Positions 23,001 through 31,300 of a DNA stretch of 64,000 nucleotides are shown in pieces (the stretch's first letter is position 1; each line of letters starts with the position of its first letter). The stretch lies in IMG/VR virus record IMGVR_UViG_3300020358_000003. The stretch is one strand, 5' to 3'. The position numbers and the translations under genes were made by a program. The DNA comes from an uncultured virus (IMG/VR IMGVR_UViG_3300020358_000003). Its lineage: Duplodnaviria > Heunggongvirae > Uroviricota > Caudoviricetes. A model generated the notes under the pieces. The model saw only the letters and a list, made by a program, of their open reading frames with translations, did not search any database and was not told the DNA's origin.

Positions 23001-25343
23001 AATGTTGATTCCGCGTTTATTAAAGGAATTGCAGATTCTAGTTACATTCAATCAGCAGCAGATTCTAATTATCTAAAAACTCATATAGATTCATCTTATG
23101 TCAAAGGAATTACAGATTCAAGTTATGTAAAAGGTTTCATTGACAGTGCATATGTATTTAATATTACAGATACAAAATACGACAGTGCGTTCATTTTATC
23201 GGCAGCGGATTCTGCATATGTAACAACTGTTATTGATGCTAAACTAGCAGCAACTGGACATATTCTTCCAGAATTGGATAGTGCCTTTGATATTGGTTCA
23301 CCTACCAAGAAATTTAAAGATTTATATCTAAGTGGTAGTACAATAAACATAGGTAACACTAGAATAACGGCTGCTCCTGCTGGACTAAAGGTTACAGATA
23401 ATGTTGGTAATTCTGCTAAAGTTCTAGGAATAGATTCGGATGCGATATTGGGATTTGTTGATAGTGCTTATGTTGATCTTAGAGTACCGTTTAATAAAGT
23501 AACAATTCCACATATTTTAGGTATTGCAGATTCAAGTCACATAAAAACTTATGCAGATTCAAATTATGTGAAAACCTTTATTGATAGTGAATATGTTAAA
23601 GGTATAGCAGATAGTGGATATATACAAGGATTTATTTCTACTCCTTACATTAGAAGTATAATAGACTCAGCACACATTAATCCAATTACTGGTATTGGAA
23701 CTAGAGATGTTGACTTTGGTGGTAATACGATTTACTATAATAATACTTTTGCGTTCACTAATCAATTACCAAGTGCTACAACATATAAAGGTATGGTTGT
23801 ATATGATAACCAAGCACAACTTCCAAAAATTGCTGTTGGTGCTGATTGGCATGAATTAGCAAGAACTTCAGATATAAGATCAATTGCTGATAGTGCAGCG
23901 GCGGCATTAGTCGCTTCAGCACCTGCTACATTGGATACGCTCAATGAATTGGCGGCGGCGATTGGAGATGACGCTAATTTCTCCACTACTCTAACAAATA
24001 GTATTGCTGCTAAATTACCTCTTTCTGGTGGCACTATGACAGGTGCGATTGACATGGGTAGTAATAATATTACTACCACTGGAAAAATGCTTTACTCAAA
24101 TGTATATTCGGTAGAAGGTGATCTTCCAAGCGCATCAACATATCATGGAATGTTTGCTCACGTTCATGGTACTGGAAAGGGTTATTTCGCTCACGCTGGA
24201 AATTGGATAAAATTAGCAAACTTTGATGATATTTCATCTACTGTAGATAGTGCTTATGTGCAAGCAAGACAAACTTCTGGTGGTGGTGGCGGCGGTGGAT
24301 TAGATAGTTCACTTGCTATTTCACTAATTGACAGTGCGTATGTATCAGCGAGATCAAGTGGAAGTACTGCATTCACATCATCTATTACATCTTATTATTA
24401 TACAGCCACATCAAATCAAACGGTATTTACTGGTTCAGATAACAATAGTGCAACTCTTAGTTATGCTGTTAATTCAGTTACAGTATTCTTAAATGGTATA
24501 AATCTATTAAAGGGTACAGATTACAATACTACTGATACATCTACAATTACTCTTGTCGCTGGTGCAAAAGTTGGTGATGAACTTGTTATTAACGCATTAA
24601 GTCAAATAGGTGCGAGTTCTGGTACTATAAATGCTTCTGTAATTTCTGTAGTTGATAGTGCATATGTGCAAGCAAGACAAACTTCTGGTGGTGGTGGCGG
24701 TGGATTAGATAGTTCACTTGCTATTTCTCTAATTGATAGTGATTATGTTGCAGCAAGGTCAAGTAGTAGTGGTGGTGGATTAACAATTTCTGATAATCCT
24801 CCTGCATCACCAAGCGTAGGTTCTATGTGGTTTGATCCAGAAGCACTTGAAACTTATGTTTACTATACTGATAGTGATAATACTTCTCAGTGGGTAAAAT
24901 CTAACCCAACTGGAGTAGGACTATCTGCTGTTACTAGCATTGTTGACAGTGCTTATATTGCGGCAAGATCAAGTGGTGGTGGAACAGACAGTGCTTCAAT
25001 TATTAACTTGATTGATAGTGATTATGTTGCAGCAAGAACAACTGCTGGTGCGGCAAGTTGGACAGAAATCACTAGTACACCAGTAACGGCAACTGCTAAT
25101 CAAAGATTGATTATTAATACGTCTACTACCAAGACTATTAATCTTCCAGTTTCGGCTAATTTGGGTGATGAAATTAGATTTATTGATGGTACTGGAAATG
25201 CAAACACTAATAATATTACTATAAATAGAAACGGTCACAAAATAGAAGCAAGCGATTCTGACTTGACTGTTGATGTTGATCGGGCGGCGTTTGGGCTAGT
25301 ATACTATAATGTCGCAAATGGTTGGTTATTTACGGAGAAATAA
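8100..25343 (+). CDS. Giant (5747 aa) mosaic tail-fibre or adhesin-like virion protein
   Basis: Uninterrupted 17.2-kb ORF. N-terminal IRIKRSS...LKVGEIAY fibre motif, YadA-head-like xIAIG repeat blocks, several tandem repeat arrays, and a C-terminal INLP...GDEI...NNITINRNG...LVYY...GW module common in T4-like fibre proteins. Confidence 0.85.
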   Translation: MPATIRIKRSSNVDTPSNLKVGEIAYSYAETSKKLFIGIGPEINVTGDASRIATIGGEYFTSLFPDNPGIAQDGRLVLLDDSRGLDYLKLQSLVGDSGSFNNLSVDSAYIRFFNADSAVIKGLISDSAHITFLEADSAYIHDLRVDSAYIQFADIDSSHIDNLRVDSAYIRHFDMDSGHIDNVSIDSAYVKFMDVDSGHVDNLTVDSAYIKYADIDSGHIDNVTIDSAYIKYADIDSGHIDNVSIDSAYIKYMDVDSGHIDNVTIDSAYIKYADIDSAYINDVTIDSAYIKYALIDHTDIDSADIGQVDIDSAYISRADIDSGYVGQLMSDSARITYAHIETSYQPLITGPSEIVIDPAGIGDNTGRVLIKGDLQVDGIQTIINSTTVSVNDKNIILADEALDSAAADGAGITVFSNRSYNDPVHGRGSFTYQADASGFQGQVSPAPGLWKSSLPMEIAGGLHIGGKLSGVDSAHIARISGSSILYDSGRIGQFVSDSAMISELEGLRAVYSLGYFDKIFVDSIYSLQLTPHGILTSEPGQGRLVNDDGFIRTQNRTWQDHLGSLDGIHFGKETVNGKGPDPSADSSYYHLTLTKSGNIFAEGFRIGGDYHKPTGQSASLTLNYGSQTGKGTSYAHDFYGLELNDSQLTSTLQKNVFKSDYSFDSATIGGGVHAVLYDSVGNPGSSLISLKGALDSNLISFHKDGSIDFYGDMYRKGEKFIGGGIFQKQFLPYDVNDVFYLPTIREPGVTDVFQIGARIGIGTNRPAHAFDFRTDTTLIGNLFQVSGRLNTSAQYYALNTVGGGSPSINDQYQIVVDLDSDKSRMMFDPAKARFRAGYFVTGAIKNTEMGTYSTAFGKNTIAKGTASYAQGDSSETYADGSFVSGTKSIINAGATTSIAIGKENIVSANALTSIAFGEGNQITSSQGIAIGKANTGVGDKSISIGDTQVTSGAGAVAIGIGNQITGSASIAIGGTSAAGNTVSATNSVALGFSHNIAGSYNFAFGEGITFPSTAQGSFAFGKNVNVGGDRSIGINLGAGAAGTVGEFLPLSNIHDNFMSIQGGNVTIGSDSDLTKMAVPVSSGVGNLYVTGDLIYSGENLKLLADGTLLQNSPWSDNGLQITYTNGNKPIGMHVAVPNVPVEAEGNRGFIFRGTYSGSYTSKIGQGEPFFDSSDTTKALSSFSNVSSNVALMAYYPLGDVFRVGQINANADHRNDTIGAHSIGMGYFNRVDGDYGVVLGGDQSRVDGNYSVAIGGRYLKADGQYATNIGGYTNSTGNRTNVTGDYSSNFGGSYALIVGGTYNTNVGGYQNNMLGNYNIIAGGYINETTADAEWGAIVGGQHNDLAGDIGVIIGGYNNDITSTSTTSGIFSSYSSEISGDHGVIVGGQNVTISSGASTSGNASLGGYDINISGENNVSVGGYSNTLTGGRWNTTVGGRELQITANANYSINLGGYNNDIDASNSANIAGRNTDIGTNANYSVNVGGYNTHLDAEYSVNIGGYNTDIGDVSGNLSTSYSINIGGYGNKIGSSARTVANSVVIGGASGNPNEMRSTNSYFVGEGNKDSATAHTTYNNHFSGHSSYNVYGVGSLGTQSKNYWIGFNNTVAGGSTGYVNVTPATNVSENFIFGQNNKIHTTNGKGNFIIGRDVTLTGNQENQIILNNPDSALDIFMDNTKVAIGKHTAEYALDIRGTLNIGGSKVNGVNQVGGDSYIASILINDQDIRDYVAGVDPSNKQIEIEQAAVPLPTATVVNITQSNPGIVIIRNTNGILTDGKTVEFNLPSLTNIGQFLNDSIFAIKNIVGGIGDSFELYDGATFADVATRVGVNTSKGTTRNKGAAGNITLGSTVPYVYGNTGTQYDSAQFDSSGTAENGVPTAEIVFGQYVSLKALPIVAGGAGTIAPKRFKSSVIIDSDLIVQGTVTLNDSVGIGKDLVVGGNLDVSTGYLRTGGYLDVNTHGKFGDSVTVGTKLNVNGISSFNGTSTFGKNVVMDSNLTVAGAVTLSGGIKTATTFVSTDSMQIGGRLSGVANLEMAGAIGTVTTYKGTDSMQIGGRLHGVTSLTMAGPLKTVTTYKGTDSMQIGGRLHGVGSLEMAGSLGTVTTYKGTDSMQIGGRLSGVGSLEMAGSIGTVTTYKGTDSMQIGGRLSGVGSLEMAGSLGTVTTYKGTDSMQIGGRLSGVGSLEMAGSIATVTTFKSTDSMTIGGDLTVAGAVSGVTSLTASGPITFADSIRIGGSVRWLDNSVDDSFYIGNLSFDSYVLRPNSKILSSVVSYFDTDYVQQRVDSFNSWVIYPDALVYNPNDGHKTVAIGLTNNQTWTGWNPDINGGGNAAYASNLSKTGTTIDDATDDSNLTLASYNTRHTDFSSGVGDSIGLDVQGRINIRTTDKEGDDYISNPPIVFSGDGGGQTAWPNKAWLRQTGYIDQPYIRSKIDAEFLQEAFTANSTASEESKAFFRSMLDSAYIISVWDSDYYWKHDSFNAVYIGAPGQLYDGTHASGLYYDGNIKLAINKRGDSATHNLDLRGNARFEKNLLVEDSVTIAGSLSGVTSLNASGPVTFADSMTIGGDLTVAGAVSGVTTLITSDSVYIGGSLRVESDLTIGGGLTTIGHFNIDSFVNIGGAVKIGSFNGRDSGDGLGVYDASQIKGKNGLYVGDSTHLRGGLKVLGHDNVLEEAYVFTIDSNYVQESQTVSLNNTQIQNAFGPNDADSHIVLSFTDSVDFNFLRITRTTSAGATVVLNRFIDYDSLGNRTLFDSSQYGYGSPSHNLMTNQNRLKNVYIKEPSVLNTDTQLHGAELVAQSDSNSKLSIIIGDRIITVGGTSIPRVSNIIDDANNSLAINAGLSLFGVVDPIVKLTDSIGTVKGQLLKDRDFTIVDSFEIRVFSDLNVVPGLFPSAYGVTDSASMILGDKITIQDRTPTLTSRTEIVGPTNLFGHVTLGNEAMAHAAYPGYPHTGSRLTTHDSFVVKGGMHFESSGDPVVRNRIQFDGDVHVDSGKVWFFGPKKTVSHKVPASLIDATQDGYGHYQNINPATTFDSNLIVGMDSHIVQNVKATTDPIDLNATRLTVNNLSIRDGSVFLYGPLRTRSHLKQDSDGIGGLLGKVESDGSYNGTITGIQRYIDSQYQVTLDSHVVDILQNPPLPVLNFLKPVTFSKPVIMQDSLTVQFVNADSASIDQLVSDSAYIKYVRIDSSYISQLIVDSSRIGHLIVTDSATIKQFTSDSARISQLDADSAYIKILKADQILDTYISQLIVDSANIGQLDVDSAYIKQLKWDVVDSAYIKYAQIDDAYISQLLVDSARISQLDADSAYIKTAKIDSSYQTLIRGPSEITIDPLDVGTNTGKIHVKGSFELTNGDFTLDSMSRMFVGEPIDFYKYESDGSGNRTTFGENVLNPNHENHKYQRFQHFFDRSSNHFQTFDNTKVDAGNVVFKYESDGSPVVGGKGFTTPNGNLHHILVDSFDVVNVDKSLNIFRKTHRLDLDSHIGRIVDSDYVGIRLQTPWKIENVSLGVQKKIFYDDEGAVIIGPKTLLTGDLATRFVVDSGNVMFLSNNFQSGISTGAGGAGIADNDVSTVIRGNVPNKGAEARFMWIPQRGALRIGALDQAGASDYWEDSEVGYQSIAIGNNTKASHFSTALGFNVQVGEVKKSAITASKNNNNSVAFGQGIDMPQRNSVAMGIGIITRPTSNTSGTPVPNNSFIYNKEQIVSLGSKINSAGSFNTSLGNRITIGFNTGIANDQGQFPFMNPNTSNNVTAIGRDLLAYRTSDRSLMIGANSVVKKEDTTSIGNNNQLDKQYTIAIGNDNLLQKEDALAIGQNIIMRSRAQGAVGVGKEVSVHGKNAVAMGRNVHVTSGTGAVAIGADGKVTGTGGVFVGSQGTASQKSVAVGSSVFAGNHGVAIGKNVRSHGSQGSIALGYNAYSGSGGFAIGNNVVGKTGAVMVGQGNSGANYSTIFGLNSTSKTGGVAIGSYVQNTGNYAVAMGRSVQAAAATAAMGIYVKTLGARSVAIGGGTSALPNVARQDAVSIGYSNDAGSKSVVIGKNNTMGAGTSSIPGITVGTDNTNNSKANIYGSNNSGNSYVSVYGSGQSGASTSSTNTPSTAMVYGIGNTITANGGLAFGKQNIVELNGLAFGSSNDVQKEGLAFGYDNEVNLGSGNGNTTHSIAFGRGNTSDTEAIALGRNNVATHGAIAIGNTVTATGATGNQGGIGLGRNITVYGQNALGLGTNITVGGAINSAANSVGIGLGTTATTVSTDNTLSIQGGQVVIEQDEVNIVPATATQFKSAAAYGSYGDGGDDVECEKVNENGRAGTKYALEVNGPINVNGTDAAGNEHDFYMQGMRLYNYIRYVAADSAWILTAADQDYVEGIINKEYIRTTSTNDTFFQKSPSGGSSHLVYKGANDFEFVGINLDNSTATLTPGYLRYGPDANGVFKSNVNYTLDVNGNVNLEGLTYQGDVILPTGGLDSNIYLNHFTNVINYQITPDSATEFFDSAYVAERYSFGSNPSGADSTAIIEMIDSEFINLLVRPVWPDSAYIDDKLDSVVGGDIIAFRVKHILSAKYGDLTTLEKALGRGEAQFTNPTGFEATHGTKVGIGKISYSHWDSNPSRPGIRTQLRTSGVTGVTAGQEAIETLGPTVGSLTTGIGLAVGGKVVIHGTQEPITGAAELPALEIFNGHIEVNGEKLVLETPWDEGASYTTYKSPSKFIGVGKLSPSFLFDVNGKINADSGFFVDGTNISEIYDSDWVKTTVTEDYVKTELNIDSAYIMSTHKAVGDIIPALDTVYDLGSPTERFRDIYLSGNSISLGEVIISSNASGLELSDSAGNLLKFGGIDSDAISHFIDSSYVQLRADSNWIFSAVTQEYVRSKADSNYIKSFIDNSYIFNITDTKYDSALFLSAADSDYVKTVASSDYVLGIADSNYVKTVASSDYILGLADSNYVKTFINSAYVLGIADANYLKANIDSSYIKGFITPAYVKNANNVDSAFIKGIADSSYIQSAADSNYLKTHIDSSYVKGITDSSYVKGFIDSAYVFNITDTKYDSAFILSAADSAYVTTVIDAKLAATGHILPELDSAFDIGSPTKKFKDLYLSGSTINIGNTRITAAPAGLKVTDNVGNSAKVLGIDSDAILGFVDSAYVDLRVPFNKVTIPHILGIADSSHIKTYADSNYVKTFIDSEYVKGIADSGYIQGFISTPYIRSIIDSAHINPITGIGTRDVDFGGNTIYYNNTFAFTNQLPSATTYKGMVVYDNQAQLPKIAVGADWHELARTSDIRSIADSAAAALVASAPATLDTLNELAAAIGDDANFSTTLTNSIAAKLPLSGGTMTGAIDMGSNNITTTGKMLYSNVYSVEGDLPSASTYHGMFAHVHGTGKGYFAHAGNWIKLANFDDISSTVDSAYVQARQTSGGGGGGGLDSSLAISLIDSAYVSARSSGSTAFTSSITSYYYTATSNQTVFTGSDNNSATLSYAVNSVTVFLNGINLLKGTDYNTTDTSTITLVAGAKVGDELVINALSQIGASSGTINASVISVVDSAYVQARQTSGGGGGGLDSSLAISLIDSDYVAARSSSSGGGLTISDNPPASPSVGSMWFDPEALETYVYYTDSDNTSQWVKSNPTGVGLSAVTSIVDSAYIAARSSGGGTDSASIINLIDSDYVAARTTAGAASWTEITSTPVTATANQRLIINTSTTKTINLPVSANLGDEIRFIDGTGNANTNNITINRNGHKIEASDSDLTVDVDRAAFGLVYYNVANGWLFTEK
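8385..9100 (+). repeat. Decapeptide repeat array (xDSAYIxxxx / xDSGHIDNxx), about 24 units with 30/60-bp periodicity
   Basis: VDSAYIKYADIDSGHIDNVTIDSAYIKYADIDSGHIDNVS; near-identical 60-bp DNA units around 8710-8960. Confidence 0.95.
10650..11200 (+). repeat. YadA-head-like ~14-aa repeats (S/A-I-A-I/F-G)
   Basis: STAFG, SIAIG, SIAFG, GIAIG, SISIG, AVAIG, SVALG, NFAFG, SFAFG. Confidence 0.7.
11790..12725 (+). repeat. About 14-17-aa xIGGYxN beta-roll-type repeats
   Basis: TNIGGYTN, TNVGGYQN, VIIGGYNN, INLGGYNN, VNVGGYNT, INIGGYGN and others. Confidence 0.8.
14124..14700 (+). repeat. 90-bp (30-aa) tandem repeat, about 6.5 copies
   Basis: TVTTYKGTDSMQIGGRLSGVGSLEMAGSLG units, nearly identical at DNA level. 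Confidence 0.95.
17580..18030 (+). repeat. Second decapeptide DS array in the giant protein
   Basis: ADSASIDQLVSDSAYIKYVRIDSSYISQLIVDSSR...VDSARISQLDADSAYIKTAKIDSSY. It is followed by GPSEITIDP, just as the first array is followed by GPSEIVIDP. Confidence 0.9.
18930..20800 (+). repeat. Long YadA-head-like repeat block (xVAIG / xLAFG)
   Basis: Dozens of SIAIG/AVAMG/GVAIG/GLAFG units spaced 11-15 aa apart; no DS dipeptide in this block. Confidence 0.75.
22560..23670 (+). repeat. 9-11-aa (A/I)DSxYVKxx repeat arrays
   Basis: ADSDYVKTVASSDYVLGIADSNYVKTVASSDYILGLADSNYVKTFI, with 60-bp near-duplicates at about 22755-22890. Confidence 0.9.
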
Positions 25344-28300
25344 ATGAGTAATATTCAAATATGTGATACAGAGGCCGACATATCTTCGGTTGATGTAGTT
25401 GAGGGCGATGAGGCAGTAGTAAAAGAAAATAATGCTATTTACAGATTTTTTGATTTAAGTACCACATCATCATTTTCTTATGATTTTGATGATGGCACAC
25501 ATTTAAAGTTAGATAGTACATTTTTTGATTTTTTATCTCCTGGGGTAAGAGATTCTTTTAGTATAGAATTCTGGATGAATAAAAGTACTGCTGATCATTT
25601 TTCAATATTTGATATAGCAAACCCAAGAGTTTCTTCTATTTTAGATTTTTCTTCAGATTCCCATACAATCACTCAATATGGTCGTACTCAATCAGTTAAA
25701 CATGGACCATATAAGAATGGAAATAGTTCATTGTTTTTTGATAGTAGTCTTGACTTTATTACTGTTGATAGTAGCCTTGATAGTATGGTATTATTTTCAC
25801 CATTTACTATTGAATTTTGGTATCGTAAAGAAAACTCTGCGATAAATGACACTCTTTTTTCTGTAGTGGATAAATTTAAAGATATTTTAGTACTAAATGA
25901 AGAAGGAATTATTGTAAACGGAGTTCAATATACATCTAATGCCAGTAGTCTTGATGCAAAAACTTGGACGCATAATGCACTTACATTTGATGGGTTTAAT
26001 TATGAATTATGGAAAAACGGAGATTCTGTTGAATTAACTAGAACTCCTGATGATGGAGCATCTGTTAAATATATTATTGATGAAGGTTTTATGAATATTT
26101 TTACTATGGACAGAAAAGTCCCTTCTTCATGGACTGTTCAAACAACAATGTCACCAACAGATAAAACTTTATTTTTCATGGGTGGGCCAGTAAATAGAGT
26201 ACAATTACAAACTATAAACTCTGGGGCTGATTTAAAATTATCAGCGGGTGGTAATGATGGACCATCATTAATAGTTCCAGCACCAGCGGATAATGATATT
26301 CATACAATTTCTTGGGACGTAAACACTGATCCAGGAAGAGTTAGATTATGGATTGATAGTAATTATCAAGGCTCTAATTCTATTACTAAATCTCTACCTG
26401 CTAGGCAATGGGCTTTGACTTCTTTTGAAGATTTGAGTAATGCAACATTTACAAATTCACCTTCAATGCTAGATTCATCTACTAGAAATAGATCAGATGG
26501 TGCTGAGAATTATAATACCGATATATTTCCTTACAGTACATTGAATAATGAGCAAGATGGGTCTTGGAACTATTATTATGATTATCCTACTGTTCAAAAG
26601 TTAAGCAAACTAGCATATACAAATGAAAATTGCACTGTTGACGGTGAACAAGAGGTAAGTAAAGTAACAAGACGCCCTATTAATCTTATACACCACATAT
26701 ATAAATATTCCAACAGCAAGTTTAACAATGGATATACTGGATTCCCTCTTTGGTGTTTTGGTTCAGGTGGTGGGATGGGTGGAGATAATGCAAATGCGCG
26801 ATTGGTTGCAAAATATACTATGGCGAATGCCGTTGGTGGTTATAGACCACAACATTTTTACGATGGTTTAAACGAAAATATTCCCAGTGCAAGTAAGCAA
26901 AATATTACTGGATATACTCATGCAGATGGTTACACTCCTGCTTATGATGTTGAACACTATTCGCAATGGTACGGATACAGTCTTAGATGGATGTGGATGC
27001 CACAATTCAAGGACGGAAATATTAATGTGGGGAACAATCGTTATTTTAGCGGTGGAAGACGGAACCGAGATGACGCTGGTGGCCCAATTAGCGAAGTTTA
27101 TCCAAATCCGATTAAGCAATGGTGGTTTGCGGCTTATTATCAGCATGTTAATAAATATCCAGAAGCGTATGATCTTGCATTTAGAAGACCAGATCGTTGG
27201 TATACTGATGATCATTTACCAATCGCAGGATATGGTGAGCATGGATATTCCATAAAAAATTCAGAAGATTTTCTTTCGGCTGCACCACTCCGAAATGAAT
27301 GCAAGCCAGCACCATTAGGATCATTTTTTCTGGAAGATGACCCCAATAATCGTTCTCATGCATATAACACCGCACCTGCTAATTGGGTGCGCAATGGTGT
27401 TGCGAAAGGTAACGCTAGTCTTTTTAGTAGTCTTGGAACTGGTCTTAAATTTGGTGGATTGGCGTCATATAAGGTTAAACAAACTGATGGAATATCAGAA
27501 AATATTGGGCTAAAACAAGAAAAGTGGACAGTCGATTTTGTAAAAGCGTGGCATGAGAATAATAAAGGGCAGTATTTACAATCTGGATCAACTCCGGGAC
27601 AACCAGTAGGTGGATTAACAACATATTGGGGGGATAGATGGAATTCTAGTTTAGGAAGTGACTATGATCCTTGGACACACCAAGAAATAGTTGACTGTCT
27701 TACACCTGCTTCAGTTGACCCTGTAGCCGAGACAAATAGCGCATACATCGCGCTTAGTAAAAGCGACACAATAAATAGAAATCATGGTTCTAGAGGAGAT
27801 TTATTAGGCGGGGCGAGAGTTTTTTCTGCTGGAAATTATAGTTATATTGATAATGTATCAATACAAAAAGGTGGCACTAAAACTTATTACATTGAAATAG
27901 ACCCTGCTGATAATAGAAGTGGTCATCCTGCTAATTACACTGGTATGTGGTTCGCTCAAAAATCAGTATTCTATGGGCCAGAACTTGCCAAAACTAATAC
28001 TCATAAATATCATAGAACAAACTGTCCAGTATATTTAACTCTTTTTGAAACATCTAAAATCGGTGTTCACCCTTATATGTATACTGATGGGCAATTTGTT
28101 AGTGAAACATATGGACAAGCGAGTAACTTTAGAATTGATGGTCTTTATTCTTATTCCATAAATGATAACTCACATGATTATTATGGCACCACGCCTTTCA
28201 ACAGACCGATAGATAGATACTCTGGTGATGGTAGAAGTGGTTCTACAGGTGCATGGTCTTCACTTAGAAGGCACAGATCAGCCCACTATTATTCAGATTA

Positions 28301-31300
28301 TAAGTATGATCCACCCTATCTTGACAACCATATCAATAGGGTTAGTTATGATCTCAAACGTCCTTCTGGAACTGGGGATATGGGGGATGGTTTTCCAACA
28401 GCCCCACATCCACAGGATTTTGCTTCAATTGCTCCTGATAAATTTGTCCCTAGAGGGGGATTAGGTGACGATGGATTTGGTGCTTCGGCATATCAAACAG
28501 ATGTATACCCTATAGTTAAGGATTTTGGAAGTGAGCGTGTATCTTATATCATATCAGAACCAGATAGTAGAATTTATATATTCGCGAGTGCTGCATATGT
28601 CGGTTATGTAGATTTTCCTGAGAATGATGCTCCTTATAGTATTATGTTAAAAAAGGGAGAAAAGGTTGCTGCTTCGGATGGAAGCAAGGTACTTCCTGCC
28701 GTTAGCGATACGAGGGGTCAGAATCATGGGTCAGACTATCGGCACGACGATGGTGAAGGTACTTTTAATCAATTTAAAGTAATTAATAATATTCAACCAT
28801 ATATTAATACTCTTAAAAAAGACGCCCTAATAATTGATGGTGTATTCGGAGGTTTAGGTGGTCGTTTAGGTACACATAAGAATGTGGGGGGTGTTATAAG
28901 TAATATGGATTGGATCAATGATAATTTAGAAATGCCTGATAGTCAAATACCTGAAAATCAATATAACCGACAAGCCAGCAAGTTTGGTACTATTAGACCA
29001 TCTCAATGGCCTGGACCACCAGAAAGTTATTACCCGCAAAATCATAACTCAAACGGCGTAGACGTAGGTGGAATGATCATAGAACCTGATCATAGAGGTA
29101 ACGCCTATTCGCCATATTTGAACCAAAACATTGCCGTTTCATTCAGGGCATATTACACATCGTGGTATCCAGGAACAACGGCTGATCCTCAAGATAGGTC
29201 TTTTAATTTTAGAATATTAAACCAAATAATGTTATCTATTGATGGTTCTCAAGGTTTAGCACCAGCAGAGTATATTTCAAAATATGGTACAAGTTGGCCT
29301 TTCAGTGATAAACCATATTTTATTGAAACAAGAAGCGCACAGAGAGTATCTGGGGTTAGGTCTGATGTAAACAAAGCGGCTATGCATACGTCTCTAGCAC
29401 TGATGCACAAATTTAAAAGGGGAAGACTTTTTGACAATTTTGAACATAGAAAATATTGTGTACATTCTCATTCAAAGGTCAGGCTAGGTGCTAATTCATG
29501 GCAACTTGATCCAGTTGATTTAATAGAAACTATCCCTTCTGCTGATAGAAATTCTTCAAGTTCTTCTGGAGATGGTGCATTTGGTATGGACTCTCTTGGT
29601 GTTACTTGGGAAGGGACTTTAAAATCTAGTTTATTATATAATCCTCAAATGTATAGTGATTTTAAAGACTGCTCTGTTACAATCGCTGAAGCAGTAAGAA
29701 ATAATAGAGGTGAACAAACTGGATTGCAATATGCAACAGACTATGTTGCTAAAACTGGAGGGTCTATAGTACATTATTCTGGTGGTCAAAATACTGATAT
29801 AAAAACGGCTCTGGCGGGATTATCTGAAGGTGATGCTTTAGTCCTACCTACTGGAAAATATGAAGTTTCGGCTTCACAGAATGGTACTCAAGTTAATTTT
29901 AGAGACAAGACTAGTATCTTTTTTGACGTAGGATTTTTAATTTGTGGTACAACAGATAATCCTAATGATGTAGAATTGAAAATTAAAGTACATAGAATTT
30001 TTGATGAAGCAACTACATCAAATACTCAACTTGCATTTATGAATATCAAGAAAGCAGCACATCATAAAATTAACCCTGATATTATTTTTAAAAGCGCACA
30101 TGGTATTGCATTTAAATGCATTTTTGACTTTGATAATAAAGACATTGGGTGGAGAACATATGAATCATCTACCAATGCAGGAACATCAGCGAATATCATA
30201 AAATTTGAAGGATGTATATTTACAAACTATAAATCATGGTTAGTTCCAAATAGAAATAATAATTCGTCTTTTAAAAACAGTAAAGTTAATGTTAATGAAA
30301 TTATAATTAAAGATTGTGTTTTTCAAAAAGATTTTGGTCCAACATATGATTTACTTAACCCTACTAATTCTCCAACATTTGAAGGAAAACTTTTAATAAA
30401 TCAAGGTACGGTAGATACAACTTTTACTACAGGAAATTCTATGTCAGAGTGGTACATAGATGATTATGCAGCAGGAAATAAATTTCGTTACATTAGAGAT
30501 TTTATTATCCATGATAGTAATAAGTATCCTCTCAAATATACTATTGATTCAGCACCCACGATAAAAGATGATAGTAGTACACATTTAATCATAAATCCTC
30601 AAATTGTAGATACTGTACTTAGTTATAGCACTGATGGTACTATAACACACGGCACTTCGCAAGATAAATTACATAATGTACCTTATACTTTAGGGAATTG
30701 GTTCTCCACATCTTTAAACTACAGTGGAGACTCTAACGTAATGAGAACTTATATAGGTGGTATAAAGGTAGATAGTAGTTCAATAAATTTAGACATAAAT
30801 TCTCTGATTATTACAGATAACATCATGTTTAATAAAAAAGACTCTTGGAATCCTACTCTTGGAATTTATGAAGATATATATGGAGATTTTTTGCTAAAAG
30901 AATTTCGTTTAACTAGAAATCAAAAAAGAAGTGGTGATTACGCTGCACAATTTTTAACAGAATTTGGGTTTGGTGACAAACTTACAAAAGAACCAGATGA
31001 TGTTTTTCTAACGGCACATGATGGGTCATCCATTTTAGCAAATGAAAATAGCCCATACACTGCTGATGTTAAATCATGGCGCAAAGTAGGTATTTTACCA
31101 AATGCTCTAGAAAGTGCTTATACTATATTAGTTGATGATAATTCAAGTGAACAATATGGTACTGAGGTATTTGGTGAGGGTGCTAATATTGATTTCAAGA
31201 TGCCTTTCAAAATCAATGGTGCGCCACCTGCTGCTTGGCAATACACTAATGCAGATGTTGCACCAAGACCACAAAACATGACATTGGGATTAGTTGAAGA

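Noticed and set aside
8385..25300. DS enrichment as a DNA-level motif (GANTC, the CcrM site, arises from GAY-TCN)
   Set aside because: A large share of DS is encoded GAT AGT or GAC AGT, which contains no GANTC, so the signal is at protein level.
8100..25343. DS motifs as phosphopantetheine attachment sites
   Set aside because: Only a few are DSL, and none sits in a recognisable helical carrier-protein context.
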